Assembly (NCBI RefSeq): GCF_048593235.1 | Contig: NC_133620.1 | Location: forward strand, 461,805,261 to 461,869,260 | Reading direction: 5' to 3' | DNA: 64,000 nt | Source: Sminthopsis crassicaudata | Lineage: Eukaryota | Shown here: positions 47,931 through 60,870 of the stretch, in pieces | Layout of the letters: each line of letters opens with the position of its first letter | Position numbering within the stretch: position 1 is the first letter of the stretch | Program-made: the position numbers and the translations under genes | Notes under the pieces: model-generated | The model's database searches: none | Told to the model about the DNA's origin: nothing | What the model saw: the letters and a program-made list of their open reading frames with translations, nothing else

Positions 47931-50900
47931 CAATAGCACCTACCTTACAAAGATTGTTGTATCAAAGAAGATAACATTTGTGATGTACTTAGTATATAGT
48001 AGGTATTTAATAAATGCTCATTTTCTTTCTTCCTTCCTTCATAAAAAGTACACAGATCACTAGAGTGTTGCTCTGATTGCTCCTTGAGTGGTACCATTCC
48101 TTTCTATAGCCCCAGATCTATTTCTACTAATATGTAAATTTTAAAAGTTCATGTTTTCAGTTCAAGTGATTATAAGCAGAGTTGATAACTACCCTTGGTA
48201 AGTATCAGACAATGAAGTTCCTGGATTGTTTTGGTAGGAAAAATGATCCAGAATAAAGAGAGATTTCATAAGCTTGTCCAAGGTCTTATGTTCCAGGGGA
48301 ATCTTTTAGCACCAGTTTGTTTAGTTAGTTTGGTCAAGGAGCACCAGGATAAATGTTGTATCTGGTTTGCAGTTAAGTCCGCCATTTTGAAGCAAAATGG
48401 TGACCAATTAAATTTTCATATGAACAAATCTATAGCTTTGAATGTATTTTTAAAGAGACATCGCTATGCTGAATGAAGATTAAGGTAACACATGATTGCT
48501 CAAGGGAATAGAGAAATTGATTAGCCTTGGGAATTAAATTACATAGGAAACACTACTCATAAATTCTCAAATTGTCCTTATCCGCTCACGGTGCTAGCAG
48601 GTAAATTTGGCAGTGCTTCTCTTAAAAAAAATTAACCCTGTAATATAATGGCATTTTGGGAACAGAAGTAAAATTAATCACAATTGCCATTGAACTGAAA
48701 TCTGTAACTCACTTCAGTCAACTGCTTTTAGGATCTCCATCCCAATCACATGACATGTCCAGCCCTTATTCTTCTAGTTGGACCTTCAGAATCAGATAGA
48801 AGGCTCCTATAATGAAAACATGTTATAATCAAGATTTTGATGAATCTATATATAAAGGACCCAGAAGTTGCCATCGAGGAAAACTCTTATTAATTGGAGA
48901 TAAATCAGTCTCACTGCTAAATCCCCCAGAAACAAACCCAAAATAATTCTAATGATTCCAGAAATAAGCATTTTCCAGCTCATTCTATGAGTTGCCATTA
49001 ATGATACAGCCATATTTAGCCTGGAAGCAGAAATGATTCAGCATAGTGTATCAATCCATCTTTTAACCCAGGGTACAGATGAAATTTTCTTTTTTTTTTC
49101 TTGTCCCCCATTCCCCAAGAGGAAAAAACCAGCACCTTCTCTGATGAGCTCTATAGCACTATCTTCCTAGATGTGCCTTTAACAAATAATTTATGGGAAG
49201 AAGAAGGAATGTATTTTCAGGATACTGAGCAAGAAATAATTATTTTCTTTATTTGTTTAATTTTGCTCTTTCAGGGAACACACTCCACCAATGTAGAGCA
49301 GAAATTCTTCCATAAATTTAGTCTTAAATAGTCACCTGAGGGCACTAACCTGCTTCTATTCTAATATCTTCCACCCACTGCCCAGGTCATGAGGAGATCC
49401 TGCCCAACAACTGACTTTAAGGCTCATTCCTCAGTTTTCCCTTCCAATTATAGCTACTAAAAACAAAGACAGTTTTTTTTTTTAGCATCAAACACCGTGG
49501 CTTTTTTCCTAGCAGAAGTAACATTGAAGGATATGAATTACCATCAGCCTTGCTGCCATGCCCTAGAAACCACTGGGCTTCTCCATCTGCTGACTCCTAT
49601 ATGTGTTGTCTTCCTCATTAGAATGTGAGCTCCTTGAAAATAGGGATTATATTTCTTTTCTCTCTTTCCTGCCGGTGCTTGTAACATAATAAGTACTTAA
49701 TTGATGTTTTAATTTTCATTCCTTCATTAACTCAATCATTCATTCATAGGGAAGTTGGACCAGATGTACCCTAATTTCTGTTCACCTTCCAGAATCCAAG
49801 ATGCTACAAAAATAATACTATGACATTAATTATAATGGGTACATTATTTGAAGGTAGTGTAGCATGATGAAAGGATGATTGAAGTCAGCAGATCTGGACC
49901 TGAATCCTGGCTCTTATTATTATTTGTGTGACATTGGGGGAATGAACTTAACCTCCCCTTATCTATAAAATGAGAGGATGAGACAGTCTTTATGGACTTT
50001 TCCAATTTCAAATGTATGATCAGAAAGGAGAAAAAAAAGCAAAACTGATCTGTGTTGGACACCCCACATGGAAATAAATGAGTTGTTTTGCAAAGTGTCA
50101 AAGTGTTGAGATATGTTCAGGCTCCTGTGTTACTAGGGACATCACAAGATATCCAAACAGTGGATTCCATGGGGAAAAAACTAACAAGCCACTGTTCCAG
50201 TTATTCAGCCCCATATTGGCCATGGGCCATAGTGATTGACTGAATTATTCAACTAGAAAAAAATGTGTGAAGTCAGCCATTATGTTTACATTAGCAGGAT
50301 TTGCTAGAATGAATGACCCTGACTCCCCAAGTACCAAACTTATTCCCAGAGTGGGATTTAAACCTTGGAAGAATCTCCTTCCTATATAGTCCTATTACGC
50401 TCACTCTAAAAATGAAAGCTTCTCAATTCAAAAGTGGATAGTGACAAGACCCAAGGTTTGAAGGCAGAATGGGGTGAAGCTTTAAAGAGCACAAAACAGA
50501 GTAAAAAAGGAAAAAAGAAACCTGTCTTCAAGTTTTGGCTAATATATTCGAGACATGGTATGAAAGATGCAAAAGATATGCATGATGACAAACATTGGGG
50601 GCACCCTGGACATAGTGAAATATGTCAATTGAGAAAAATGTAGGAGAGGGGGAAAGGCAGGTTTATTCCAGGACAAATCAGATTTGAATGCCCTCCACAA
50701 TGCATGCTGGGAAAATTCCCCAGCTCCCCAGGTCTCCAGGTGATTGTTTTCTCGTGAGAGCCCCAGAATGGCAACAAGCTGCCTTAAGAGACACTAAAGA
50801 CAACTTGGCATTGTCTGCCCACCTGACTGCTGTGATTATGTATCTGTTTAGAGGAAGAAATAAAATGGTAGAGAAAGTGCCAAGATGGAAAGGACCAAAG

Positions 50901-52132
50901 GGAAGGGCCCTGCCAACAGTAGTTCCTGCCATTGGAAACCGGCCATGCTGACGGTGCAACACAGCATGGCTCCAGCTTGAGTAAGCTCCTCCACACAACT
51001 AGCAGCCTCCTGGGGCAGCCCTCATTTCCCACATATACAGTAGTTATGGCTTCATGTTCCTTAGAAATCAATTTTTTTTTGCTTTTCCTGGCAGACCCAT
51101 CCTCCTTCGCTGAGAACTGGGCTGCACTGCCACAGGGTAGCTGGCGTCTCTGGATGTTACCCACTCCCCACCCCCAACACATCATCCCCTACCAGATGTT
51201 ATCTTAAAGAGATTTCTGTTGTTGTTTTCAGCACTGGACTGGGGAAATGATAGATTAAATGGAACACACAACCGGATAATGATTTTGTTGTAACCCTTTA
51301 TTGATAACTAGAGAAGACTGGCTTGCAGACTCCCAGTGTCGATCCAGTAGACAATTCAAATCCCTGCTTCCCACAGGTAATTACCTGCTTCTAATTGGGT
51401 TTGAAAACAGCAGATTTGTGTTTAAAGGTATGATGGGAAGCTTGGGCTGCATATGTATGGACATCTTACTGTAGTAGGAGAATCAGTTTTCTAACTAGTA
51501 CAGTGAGAAAGGGGCTCTGAAGCCAGAACACTTGCATTTCTGGTCTGATAAAATGATCTTCAGCCCTATCATCATTATCATCATCACTGAATATTTCAAT
51601 GCTTCAAGAATTAGGCTTTCTCTTGATGTAGGCCCTCGTAGAATCATGGCAGGGGAGGGGACTCAAAGGACAACTAGACCAACTCAGGCAGGAACATGAA
51701 TCCCTTTGTATAATATCCCAAAAAACATGTTAGTGGGCTTTTGGAAGAAGTCCCACAATAACGAGAAAGTCACCTTTTCCCAAGGTAGCCCATTTCTCTT
51801 TTGGATAGTTCTCATTTTTAGGAAGAATTTCTTTTTTCTTTTTCTAAGCTACTTGCCAAGAATGCCTCTATGTACCTAATGCTGCTTGAAAAGAATACTA
51901 GCTATGAAGTTAGAAGACCTGGGTTCAAATTCTACAACCATCTTTTTTTTTTAACTATGGGCAAGTAATTTAATTTCTTTGGGCCCCAGTTTTCTTACTG
52001 TAAATTTAGGAGATTAGATCAGATGAGCTCTGAGGTCCCCTCCAGCCATAGATCCATGTCCCAATGTGCCTAGAAAAAGTCTAACCTCTCTTCCATATAA
52101 AACTCCTTTACATCATGAAAAACAGGTAATAT

Positions 52133-52369
52133 CAGGGGTATGTTGATAAATGTTTAACAACTGGCTTTCTGGGGCAGGGAAATTGTACAAGATAAACTTT
52201 TAAGTTCAATCCGTATTGTTAACATTTTCTCAACAATTTCTTAAATCCAGATAATCAATGAAATAATAAATTAAACCCTGATCTCTTCCAATTCTGAGGC
52301 ATAAAAGCACACACTGAAAATTTTAACAATTGATTTGAGTGAGTTGGAGTCTCCTCAAGCCCATCCTTG
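52133..52369 (+). mobile_element. MER63-like hAT-Blackjack MITE
   Basis: caggggtatgttgataaatgtttaacaactggc...ttttaagttcaatccgtattgttaacattttctc follows the MER63 consensus as recalled. Confidence 0.75.
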
Positions 52370-52439
52370 GTTATCCCTACACTCCTGCCCATCAAGACTT
52401 AAGCTCTCCAGTTCTTTCAATTGACATTTATTTGGCATG

Positions 52440-52830
52440 AGTTTAGAGTCATTCTCCATGCTGCTGTTTCCCCCCTCTAAGAGCTTTCCAGACCATCTAT
52501 GTGTTTCCTAATATGAGGCATCCAATACTGAACACAAGATGGCTTGACCAGTTATAACAGGACTATCATCTCCCTAGTCCTAACAGTTATGGCTCTTCTG
52601 TTTTCTAAGACTGCCTGAGTATCTGGGGGATTGCCATACTATATGATTCAGTCATATTCAGCTTGTACTCCTCTAACACCCCCAGAGACTGTCCAGAAGG
52701 ACCACTATTGAGCCACACCTCCACCATCTTGTCCTTGTGGATCTGTTTATTTTTTTTTAACTCTAAGGTTTTGTATTTACACTTATTAAATTTTATGTTA
52801 TTAGATTCATCTCAGTGTTTTAGATTTTAA
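52440..52830 (-). mobile_element. CR1/L3 fragment
   Basis: Reverse L3 body (ccaatactgaacacaagatgg..., ggactatcatctccc, ttattaaattttatgttattagattc). Confidence 0.7.
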
Positions 52831-54736
52831 TCCAAGTGACCTTGTATACATTATCTGGGTGGTTCTTTACTCAGCCTCTGTTTAATTCAGGACAAAACTG
52901 TTGAAGACACATAAAATGAAATATTTGTTCAGTTGAACTCACTTTAATTCAACAAATGTGTGCACAGGCCATTTTCCCAGATGATGGAGACACTCAAATC
53001 CTTAAATGGATATGGGATCTCTTAGATGTGAATGTCCCCTCCAGTGGAGTAGATTGCAACCAATCCATATATAATCTTCTTGGAAAAATCTGCTCTGTCC
53101 TTCCATATATTAGCCAAAGGGAAAGTCTCCACAGTGCAATTGGGTCCTTCCTCAAGTTTTCTTGATCTCTTGAGGAGATCAGAAGGACTGTCCAGGTTTA
53201 TTCCTCATGTCTCCTCTCCATGCTACCAGCCCATCTTCTTTTCCTAACATATGAATATTCAAAGAAATCTTTTTCTCTAGCTCATCTTTGCAGTTCCTTG
53301 TTAAGTATGAAGGCTCTTCCCACTCACCATGAACTTCTCTATTGATTTCCAAGTGATCCTCATTTTTTTATTCATTGAAGATTTAGTCAAGTATCAATAG
53401 GTTCTTCTCTACTTTTTGCCTAATTGGAAGTGAATTCTTTGGCTACACCAGTTCATTCTGGAGAATATAAAGATAACAGTGAATTAGTTCCCATACAAAC
53501 AAGTTTATGTTGCATAGAGGAGCTACTACATGCACCCCCAAGAGTGAGATGCAACAATTATAGAAAATGTTCAAAATGCAATCTAAAAAGGAAGGTTGTC
53601 CTAACGTTAAGCTGAGGGAATCAGGAAATCAGTTAATCAACAATCATTTATTAAATGACTTCTGTGTGTCAGGTNNNNNNNNNNNNNNNNNNNNNNNNNN
53701 NNNNNNNNNNNNNNNNNNNNNNNNNNNNNNNNNNNNNNNNNNNNNNNNNNNNNNNNNNNNNNNNNNNNNNNNNNNNNNNNNNNNNNNNNNNNNNNNNNNN
53801 NNNNNNNNNNNNNNNNNNNNNNNNNNNNNNNNNNNNNNNNNNNNNNNNNNNNNNNNNNNNNNNNNNNNNNNNNNNNNNNNNNNNNNNNNNNNNNNNNNNN
53901 NNNNNNNNNNNNNNNNNNNNNNNNNNNNNNNNNNNNNNNNNNNNNNNNNNNNNNNNNNNNNNNNNNNNNNNNNNNNNNNNNNNNNNNNNNNNNNNNNNNN
54001 NNNNNNNNNNNNNNNNNNNNNNNNNNNNNNNNNNNNNNNNNTAAAGAAAAGAAGGGCAAGCGTTTTCTGCCCTCAGGGAGCTTACATTCTATGAGGGAAG
54101 TAATATACTTATACAAAGATGTGCAGAATAAGAATGTATGAAATCTATGCAAAATAAGCAGAAAGTGTTTTGGGGACAGGACAGGTGCTGGCTTTCTATT
54201 GGAGATCAATTTTGAAGGAAATTAGGATGAAGAAGAGGGAATATATTACAGCCAGAGAAGATAGTCTGTTCAAAGTTCTGGGCACAAAGAAAAGAGTGAG
54301 AAGAAAGTTGATACCTGACAAAGAATTGCAAAGATAAGCTAGAGTAAAAAATATCCTTGAATATTCATATATTTAAAAAGATGGATTAGAATGTTTAGTG
54401 TAAGGGACAGTTAGAAGACTAGTTTGGTGGGACCATAAAAGTCATTAAGGGGAGTGATGGGTAATAAGGTTAGAGAGGTATGTGGGATCCACATCATGAA
54501 GAATTTTAAATGTCAAAGAACATAAATATAGATTTGATAATTCTAATTGTTGATAGTAATTATGTGGCACTTTAAGTTTTGTAAAGTGTTTTATAAATAT
54601 CTCATTTGATCCTGGAAACAACTCTAGCACATAGGTGCTATTATTATCCCCATTTTACAGATGAGAAAACTAAAACAGAGGCTGACTTGGCAGGATCACA
54701 CAGGTGTAAGTAGGTGATGTTGAATCTGAACTCATT

Positions 54737-54850
54737 GGCAGCCAAATAGTACAGTAGATAGAGCATCAGTCTTGGAGTTGGAGGACTTGACACTAGCCAC
54801 TATACCTATACCTGAGCAAGTCTCTTAACCCCTCAAAAAAGAAAAAAAAA
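54737..54850 (+). mobile_element. Degenerate WSINE-type SINE inserted in a reverse MIR
   Basis: TSD tgaactca at 54727-54734 and 54851-54858; A-tail. Confidence 0.7.
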
Positions 54851-55129
54851 TGAACTCACATCTTCCTGACACTTGGTCCAGAAAATTATAGACCAATAGC
54901 CTTAATAAAGACTGACACAATTACATAACATAACAAAACAATAACAAATGCACACATAACAATATGTTTGAATATACACTGTGACTAGGTTGAACATATA
55001 CTATAAGTGCAAGATTAGTACAGAAGACTATAAACATAATAAAGTATATTAACAATATAGATAATGAATAAACACATAAATAAAAACTGGATGATTCTTT
55101 AATTTTCTTTTAGTGATAATGGAATTTGT

Positions 55130-56520
55130 TGAGTGGTAGAGTGATATTGTTAGCCCTGTGCCTTAGCAGGATAATCAGCTACAAAGGAAATGGATTGGAG
55201 AACATACAAGTGAGACAGTAGGACCAATTACTAGACTATTGCAATAGGCTAAATGAGAAATGATTAGTGCTTGAACTCAGGTAATAGCCAGGTCAGTTGA
55301 GAGAAAGGAATAAATGGAAAACATGTCATGTAGGAATAATAGATAGGTAGATAGCAAGAAAGAGCATTTATTCAGCATTTACTACTTATTTACAGGTATT
55401 GCACTAAGCACTAGGGATACAGATTCAAGTCAAAAAGATGGTCCTCACCCTTAAGCGGAATTTGTATTTTTGTGAGAAATGACAACACACCAAAGGGAGC
55501 TAGAAAGCGAGGGATGAGGCTGCTGACAGAGACAGTGAATTTATAGAGTAAAGTCTATGGAACCAGGACTCATGTAAGCATGGTCTGGGCACTTCATGAA
55601 ATGGTCATCCAGATCAGGGATTCATCAATCAGGAAGGAGGATAATTGAATGTTTCCATCTCTGGAAATATCAATTATCTCAAAGAAGAGGGTAATTGAAT
55701 AGTGATTTGAAAAGACTGCTGACCAGGAGATCAGCATATGCTTCAGTGCCTAATGAATATATAAAATAAATTCTGAGAGTTTAATGAAGGGAAAAGTCAC
55801 TGTGGGTTGAGAGTCTGGGTGGCTTCCTTGGAGATGGCCTTGAAGAATGGGTGGTATTAGGAAATAGAAAAAAAATTTAAAATTAAATTAAAAAGTTAAG
55901 AATTTTAAAAAAGGAAATAGAGGAATTGAGAACCTAGCACCTAGACTGGGATACTTGGGACAAATGTCCCATGGGAGGTGCAATGGACATAAAGAAGTAA
56001 GAGGACCAGAAATGACTGGACACGTGGTCTTACTTTGTGTAGAAGTGAAGGTCTGGAGATAAGGAATAGAGCAAAAAATAAAGGAGCATGGCCTGGGTTC
56101 CTCAGGAACAATGAGATTTGTCAATTAATTAGATATATGAGGTGATAGAGGGTGGGAGTGGAAAATGATCTTGGAATTGTAAAGCTGATTGACCCGAAGT
56201 ACAATGGCATCTTCAACAGAAATAGGACAGTTAAGAGGAGAATTGGGTTTGGGGAAAAGATTTGAGTCCCATTTTGGACATTTTGAATTCCAGCCACTAA
56301 TAGGATCCACAGTTTGAAATGTCTAATGGGTAGTTAGGATGTGACTGAAGTTCAGAGAGAAAATAGGAATGGAAATATTGATCTGAGACTTCTCAACAAG
56401 GAGTTGATCATTAAACCTATGAGTCCTGTTGAGGTCATCAAGAAGAGATTATAGAGAGAGAAGAAGAGAGAACTCATAATCAAACATTGGGATACATTTC
56501 CAGGTAGGGTATATGATGAA
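55130..56520 (-). mobile_element. L2 LINE, long decayed fragment(s)
   Basis: Minus-strand translation KCPKWDSNLFPKPNSPLNCPISVED resembles L2; purine-rich reverse L2 body. Confidence 0.7.
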
Positions 56521-56562
56521 AGGTCTCATGTAGGAAGAAGAACGATGATACAGATAATAATA

Positions 56563-57375
56563 GTTGGTTGGTTGGTATTCTTTGTTCTTGAAGAACAAAA
56601 TGACATCACTATTTTTTTCTGAGGCAATTGGGGTTAAGTGACTTGCCCAGGGTCACATACTATGGAATATTAAGTGTCTGAGGTTACATTTGAACTCAGG
56701 TCCTCCTGACTTCAGGGCTAGTGCTCTATCCACTGTACCACCTAGCAGCCCCAAAATGACATCACTATTAGTCAAGTTACAATATGTCCCACTGTGACTG
56801 ATCAGACAACACAAGCTCAGAATGCTCTGCCACAGGTTGGATACAAATAATGCCTAAGGACATTTGAGGTGGCTTCCTTAATTTTCTGCATTTTGCATAT
56901 TCTGATCCCTTTCGATTCTGCTTTGCTCATAGAGCACAAACAGGGTTGTGTGCTTACTCCCATGCTTTTTAGCATGATGTTTTCAGCCATGTTGTCAAAC
57001 GCCTTCAATGAGAGCAAATATAGACTCAAAGTCAGCTTACACACTGATGGTAAACTTGGAAAGGCTACCAGCCAAAATTAAAGTGGAGGGAGTGTTGGTG
57101 CAGGATTTTTTGGTTTGCAGATGATTGTACACTCATTGCAGCCCCCGGAGCCAAGATGCAACAACTTATGGATTGCTTCTCTGCTGCTTGTAACAATCAA
57201 CACCAAGAAAACACAGGTCCTCCATCAGCCAGCACCACACCATCCATATGTGGAGCTTTCAGTTATAGCAAATGGTGAAGTTCTGAAGGCTGTGGATAAA
57301 TTCTCTTACCTTGGCAGTATATTTTCCAGGAATATTCACATCATTGATAATGAGACTGACACACACATTACCGGG
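56563..57375 (-). mobile_element. RTE LINE with inverted 5' segment
   Basis: 56563-56937 is the RTE 3' end on minus (YLYPTCGRAF zinc-knuckle remnant, (caac)n tail). 56938-57375 is RT on plus (KQGCVL, FADDC, INTKKTQV, FSYLGS). Flanked by gataataata at 56553-56562 and 57376-57385. Confidence 0.85.
56612..56751 (-). mobile_element. WSINE1-type SINE inserted in the RTE 3' UTR
   Basis: Perfect 16 bp TSD caaaatgacatcacta at 56596-56611 and 56752-56767; poly-T. Confidence 0.95.
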
Positions 57376-59168
57376 GATAATAATACCGTGGAAGCCTTTC
57401 AGATTCACAAAAACCTTGAAAATATGACCTTACTTGATGCTCACAGTAACCATTTGAAGGAGGTGTTTTCCTTAATTACTAATTTTACAGAGGGATAAAC
57501 TGAAATCGAGAGAGATTAAGTGATTTGTCCAGGATCACATAACTAGCAAGTGTTTGAGGTCAGATTCAAAATAGATCTGCAAGTGCAAATCTGGATCCAC
57601 TACAGTACCTAGTTGCCCATGTGCTCAATCCCACTCAATTGAGGTGAAGAGAGAGCAGATGCATAGAAAGGTCTCCATCCTCTGCAGCAGATATGGCTGC
57701 CTCACTGAGGATACCATTGTAAACTATTCCCACCAAGTGCAGCCCATTTGACCATCCATATTGGGCGGTTACCATGTCCATCCAGCTCTGTTTATAGGCA
57801 CCAAGAATCCCAGGAAGGACAGATTTCCTTCTGTTCATCCCTAAGACAGAATTTAAGGGCACTGACATCTTGGTGGGGGTCTTGCTTCTTTGTGGTGCAT
57901 CTTGTTTATTTCTTTCTTGAGAGTGGTTTTTTTTCCTCTTAAGTTAATGCCTGCTGTGAGCAGAGAAATCAACCTGTATGGTACCCCAGAGCCAAACTGA
58001 CTCGGCCGTGCCTTCCCCTGCTGCCCATTATAAAGGGCTGCAAGCAGTGAAATAACATTTGTATTGATCTCAAGAACATTTCATTGATTAAAGACGGGGA
58101 AAGAAACCTTTGAAACATAACCCCATTATTTTAATAGCTGGCTGCCAGCCCCTTCCCAGAAACAGGAAGCCAATGCTTTGGTCTTCTGTTCAACAACTCA
58201 TCTTCACCAGAGGTACTCCCTATGGTCTTGCTTTAGTAGTCAATCAACAAACAAATCTTTGCTCTACCTAGTAAGTATTTCCTGAGCACTTGTTGTGTGA
58301 TGGATGCTGAGGGGAAGATAAAGCTCTAACATATGATCTCTGTAGACTTCCACAAGTCTTTTTAACATTTCTAGGGTCTCAGTTTCCTTAATTGTGAAAA
58401 TGAGTCTAATGCCAATAGTACTNNNNNNNNNNNNNNNNNNNNNNNNNNNNNNNNNNNNNNNNNNNNNNNNNNNNNNNNNNNNNNNNNNNNNNNNNNNNNN
58501 NNNNNNNNNNNNNNNNNNNNNNNNNNNNNNNNNNNNNNNNNNNNNNNNNNNNNNNNNNNNNNNNNNNNNNNNNNNNNNNNNNNNNNNNNAATTACCCTTT
58601 GTAAAACCTTAAGTATTATTTAAATATCAATAGTTATTATGCTATTATTGTTAGAATTAATAATACTACTAGTAAATACTATTTTGTGTTTGAGATTCTA
58701 GTTGATTAGATAATACATAGTTAGACCCATGAAAAGTGAAAACATACAACCATAGAAGAGCTATCATAGACAGTATATGATTTGAGATCTAAAGAAGAAT
58801 ATATAAAACAAAGTCAGAGAGTTCTGAGAAGGGAAAATCTGACACTGGTTTGGTAGTCTGGGAGCTTACTTGGTGATGGAAGTAGTCAATATGGTTCTTG
58901 AGGGATGAATGGAATTGAGACATAGAGAGATGGAGAGAGCATCCGGATTGGGAAACTTGGGCACATGTATTGTGTGAAGTACTCTGGGTACAAATTGATG
59001 AGGTTCCCAGAAATCAGAAGATTCATGGATTTGTGGCCTTACTTTGCATCTTGCACATAGAAGATGTTTTTTTTAAATATTAGTTTGTAGAGGGCCGGAA
59101 TTCTGAGAAAGGTATTTAACAGAATACATTGCACATAGTAGGTGGTTTTTTTTTTTTTAATATTAGTT

Positions 59169-59573
59169 TGTAGAGGGCCAGAACTCTGAGAAAGGTATAC
59201 TTAAAGTAAAGATACTTACAGCAGGGTATTTACTCAGTGTGATTGATGAGATAATGGTTCTCTAGTTCATATATATTTAGTGTGATGTAATGATGTAATT
59301 ACTCTAGTTGGCATATACTTAGTGTGAGATGGTGATGTCATGGTTCTACAGTTGACGCATGCTCAGTGTGCTGTAGTGATGTAATCGTACTAAAGTATTT
59401 AAGGGCTGAGAGGACTGGAGACAAGAATGTGTGTGCTCGAGCTTGATCTCTGACTCCAGACACCAGACTCCATCCTTGACCAGTCTTGTGGTGGCTCTCC
59501 TGCCTTCATCACTTCTCCACCAAAGACCAAGGCCCGACCAGAGATCCTCCAGAAAGCTAATCTGGACATTACA
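59169..59573 (+). mobile_element. ERV solo LTR, 405 bp
   Basis: TGTA...TACA termini, perfect 6 bp TSD ttagtt (59163-59168, 59574-59579), TATTTAA near 59396, internal tandem subrepeats. Inserted in an L2 terminus. Confidence 0.9.
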
Positions 59574-60339
59574 TTAGTTGAAGAAGTTCTTTGAACCCAG
59601 AACTCTTATCTCCCATCTTTGTGTTTTTACTCTAGCAATATTCCAAGCTTGCAAAAGTCTTTTTTGCCTCTTCATCAGAGAATCTTTCTCTTTCTGAAAA
59701 ATTAACCTGACACCTCTCTTTTTGACATGAATCACTTCCTGAATTTCCCCAACTGCCTTATATTTATTTTCATCATATGTATTCATTATATAGTTGTATA
59801 CATACTTGTCTTTCCCATTAAAATATAAATTAGAAAACAGGAATTTGTATTTATATTTCCAACCCATAGCACAGTGACTGGCAAATAGTAGGTGCTTAAT
59901 AAATGCATATTGATTACTTATATCAACATTATCACAAGATAATGAAATCCCCATCACTGAAGGTCTTCAAGTGCAGACTGGTTGAACCCCGGCCATTTTT
60001 GGGATGGTGTAGAAAAAATTTGTCTTTAGAACAGGGTTAGACTAGATGCCCTCAGAGGACCCTTACAACTCAGAGATTCTATAGTTTTAAGAAACAGTTT
60101 CAAACCTGAAGGACCTTGTAATCCCATAATGGAAAAGTTAATATCCATAATACCAGGTAAAATGTAATAAGTACAAAGGAAAAATTCAAGGGGGATAAAT
60201 ATTATGAGCAATTCGAGGAGGAAAAATTTACTTTCAGCTGAGAATATATGGGAAAGGCTTCATTGAGATGAAGATTCATTCGATCTTCAAAGAAAGAGCA
60301 ATTTCAGTAGTTCCATGTTCATCATCATGGGTCCAAAGA

Positions 60340-60610
60340 TTACACCTGATACCAATATACCATTATTTTCTGCCCTAGTCTTCATTTTTACATCTCTAAG
60401 TATATAATGTCCAGAAGCATCTCATACTTCACATGTCCAAAACTAAACTTATTCTTGTTCCTCCTAATCCTTCTTCCCCTAAAACACATCCCTTTTCTGT
60501 CAACAGCTCCTCTTTCCTTCTAACCACCAACAGACAAAATCGCAAAGTGATTCTCAATCCTCAATTCTCCCCTCTCCTTCCATCACAACCGTCCAGTCGT
60601 TGTTTCTTCC
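60340..60610 (+). mobile_element. L2 fragment
   Basis: catctcatacttcacatgtccaaaactaaactt resembles HLKLNMSKTEL. Confidence 0.7.
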
Positions 60611-60734
60611 TCTTTCCTAACTATCTCATCTATTTCATTTTCTTCATTATCACAATATACTTAACCTCTACTATACTATATACTCTTGTTCTGGTAATAG
60701 TAATAATCCCTAATATATAAAATGCTTTAGAGGC

Positions 60735-60870
60735 AATGTTCAATTGTTTTTCAGTTGTGCTCAACTCTTCAAGATCCCATTTAGATTTTCTTGCCAAAGA
60801 TATTAAAACGGTTTGCTATTTCCTTCTGCAGCTCATTTTACAGGTGAAAAAACTGAGGCAAATGGAAAAG
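60735..60870 (-). mobile_element. MAR1-type SINE tail
   Basis: ttttcttgccaaagatattaaaacggtttgctatttccttctgcagctcattttacag. Confidence 0.8.

Noticed and set aside
50678-51207. Four overlapping ORFs on both strands
   Set aside because: Expected in locally GC-richer sequence; none resembles a known protein.
56563-57375. Internally deleted RTE in a single orientation
   Set aside because: This was my first reading, but the zinc-knuckle remnant and tail are on minus while the RT motifs are on plus, so it is an inversion.
5500-58612. Long ORFs containing X runs (e.g. 11109-11666, 30906-31581, 53567-54209)
   Set aside because: They are open only because they cross N gaps.
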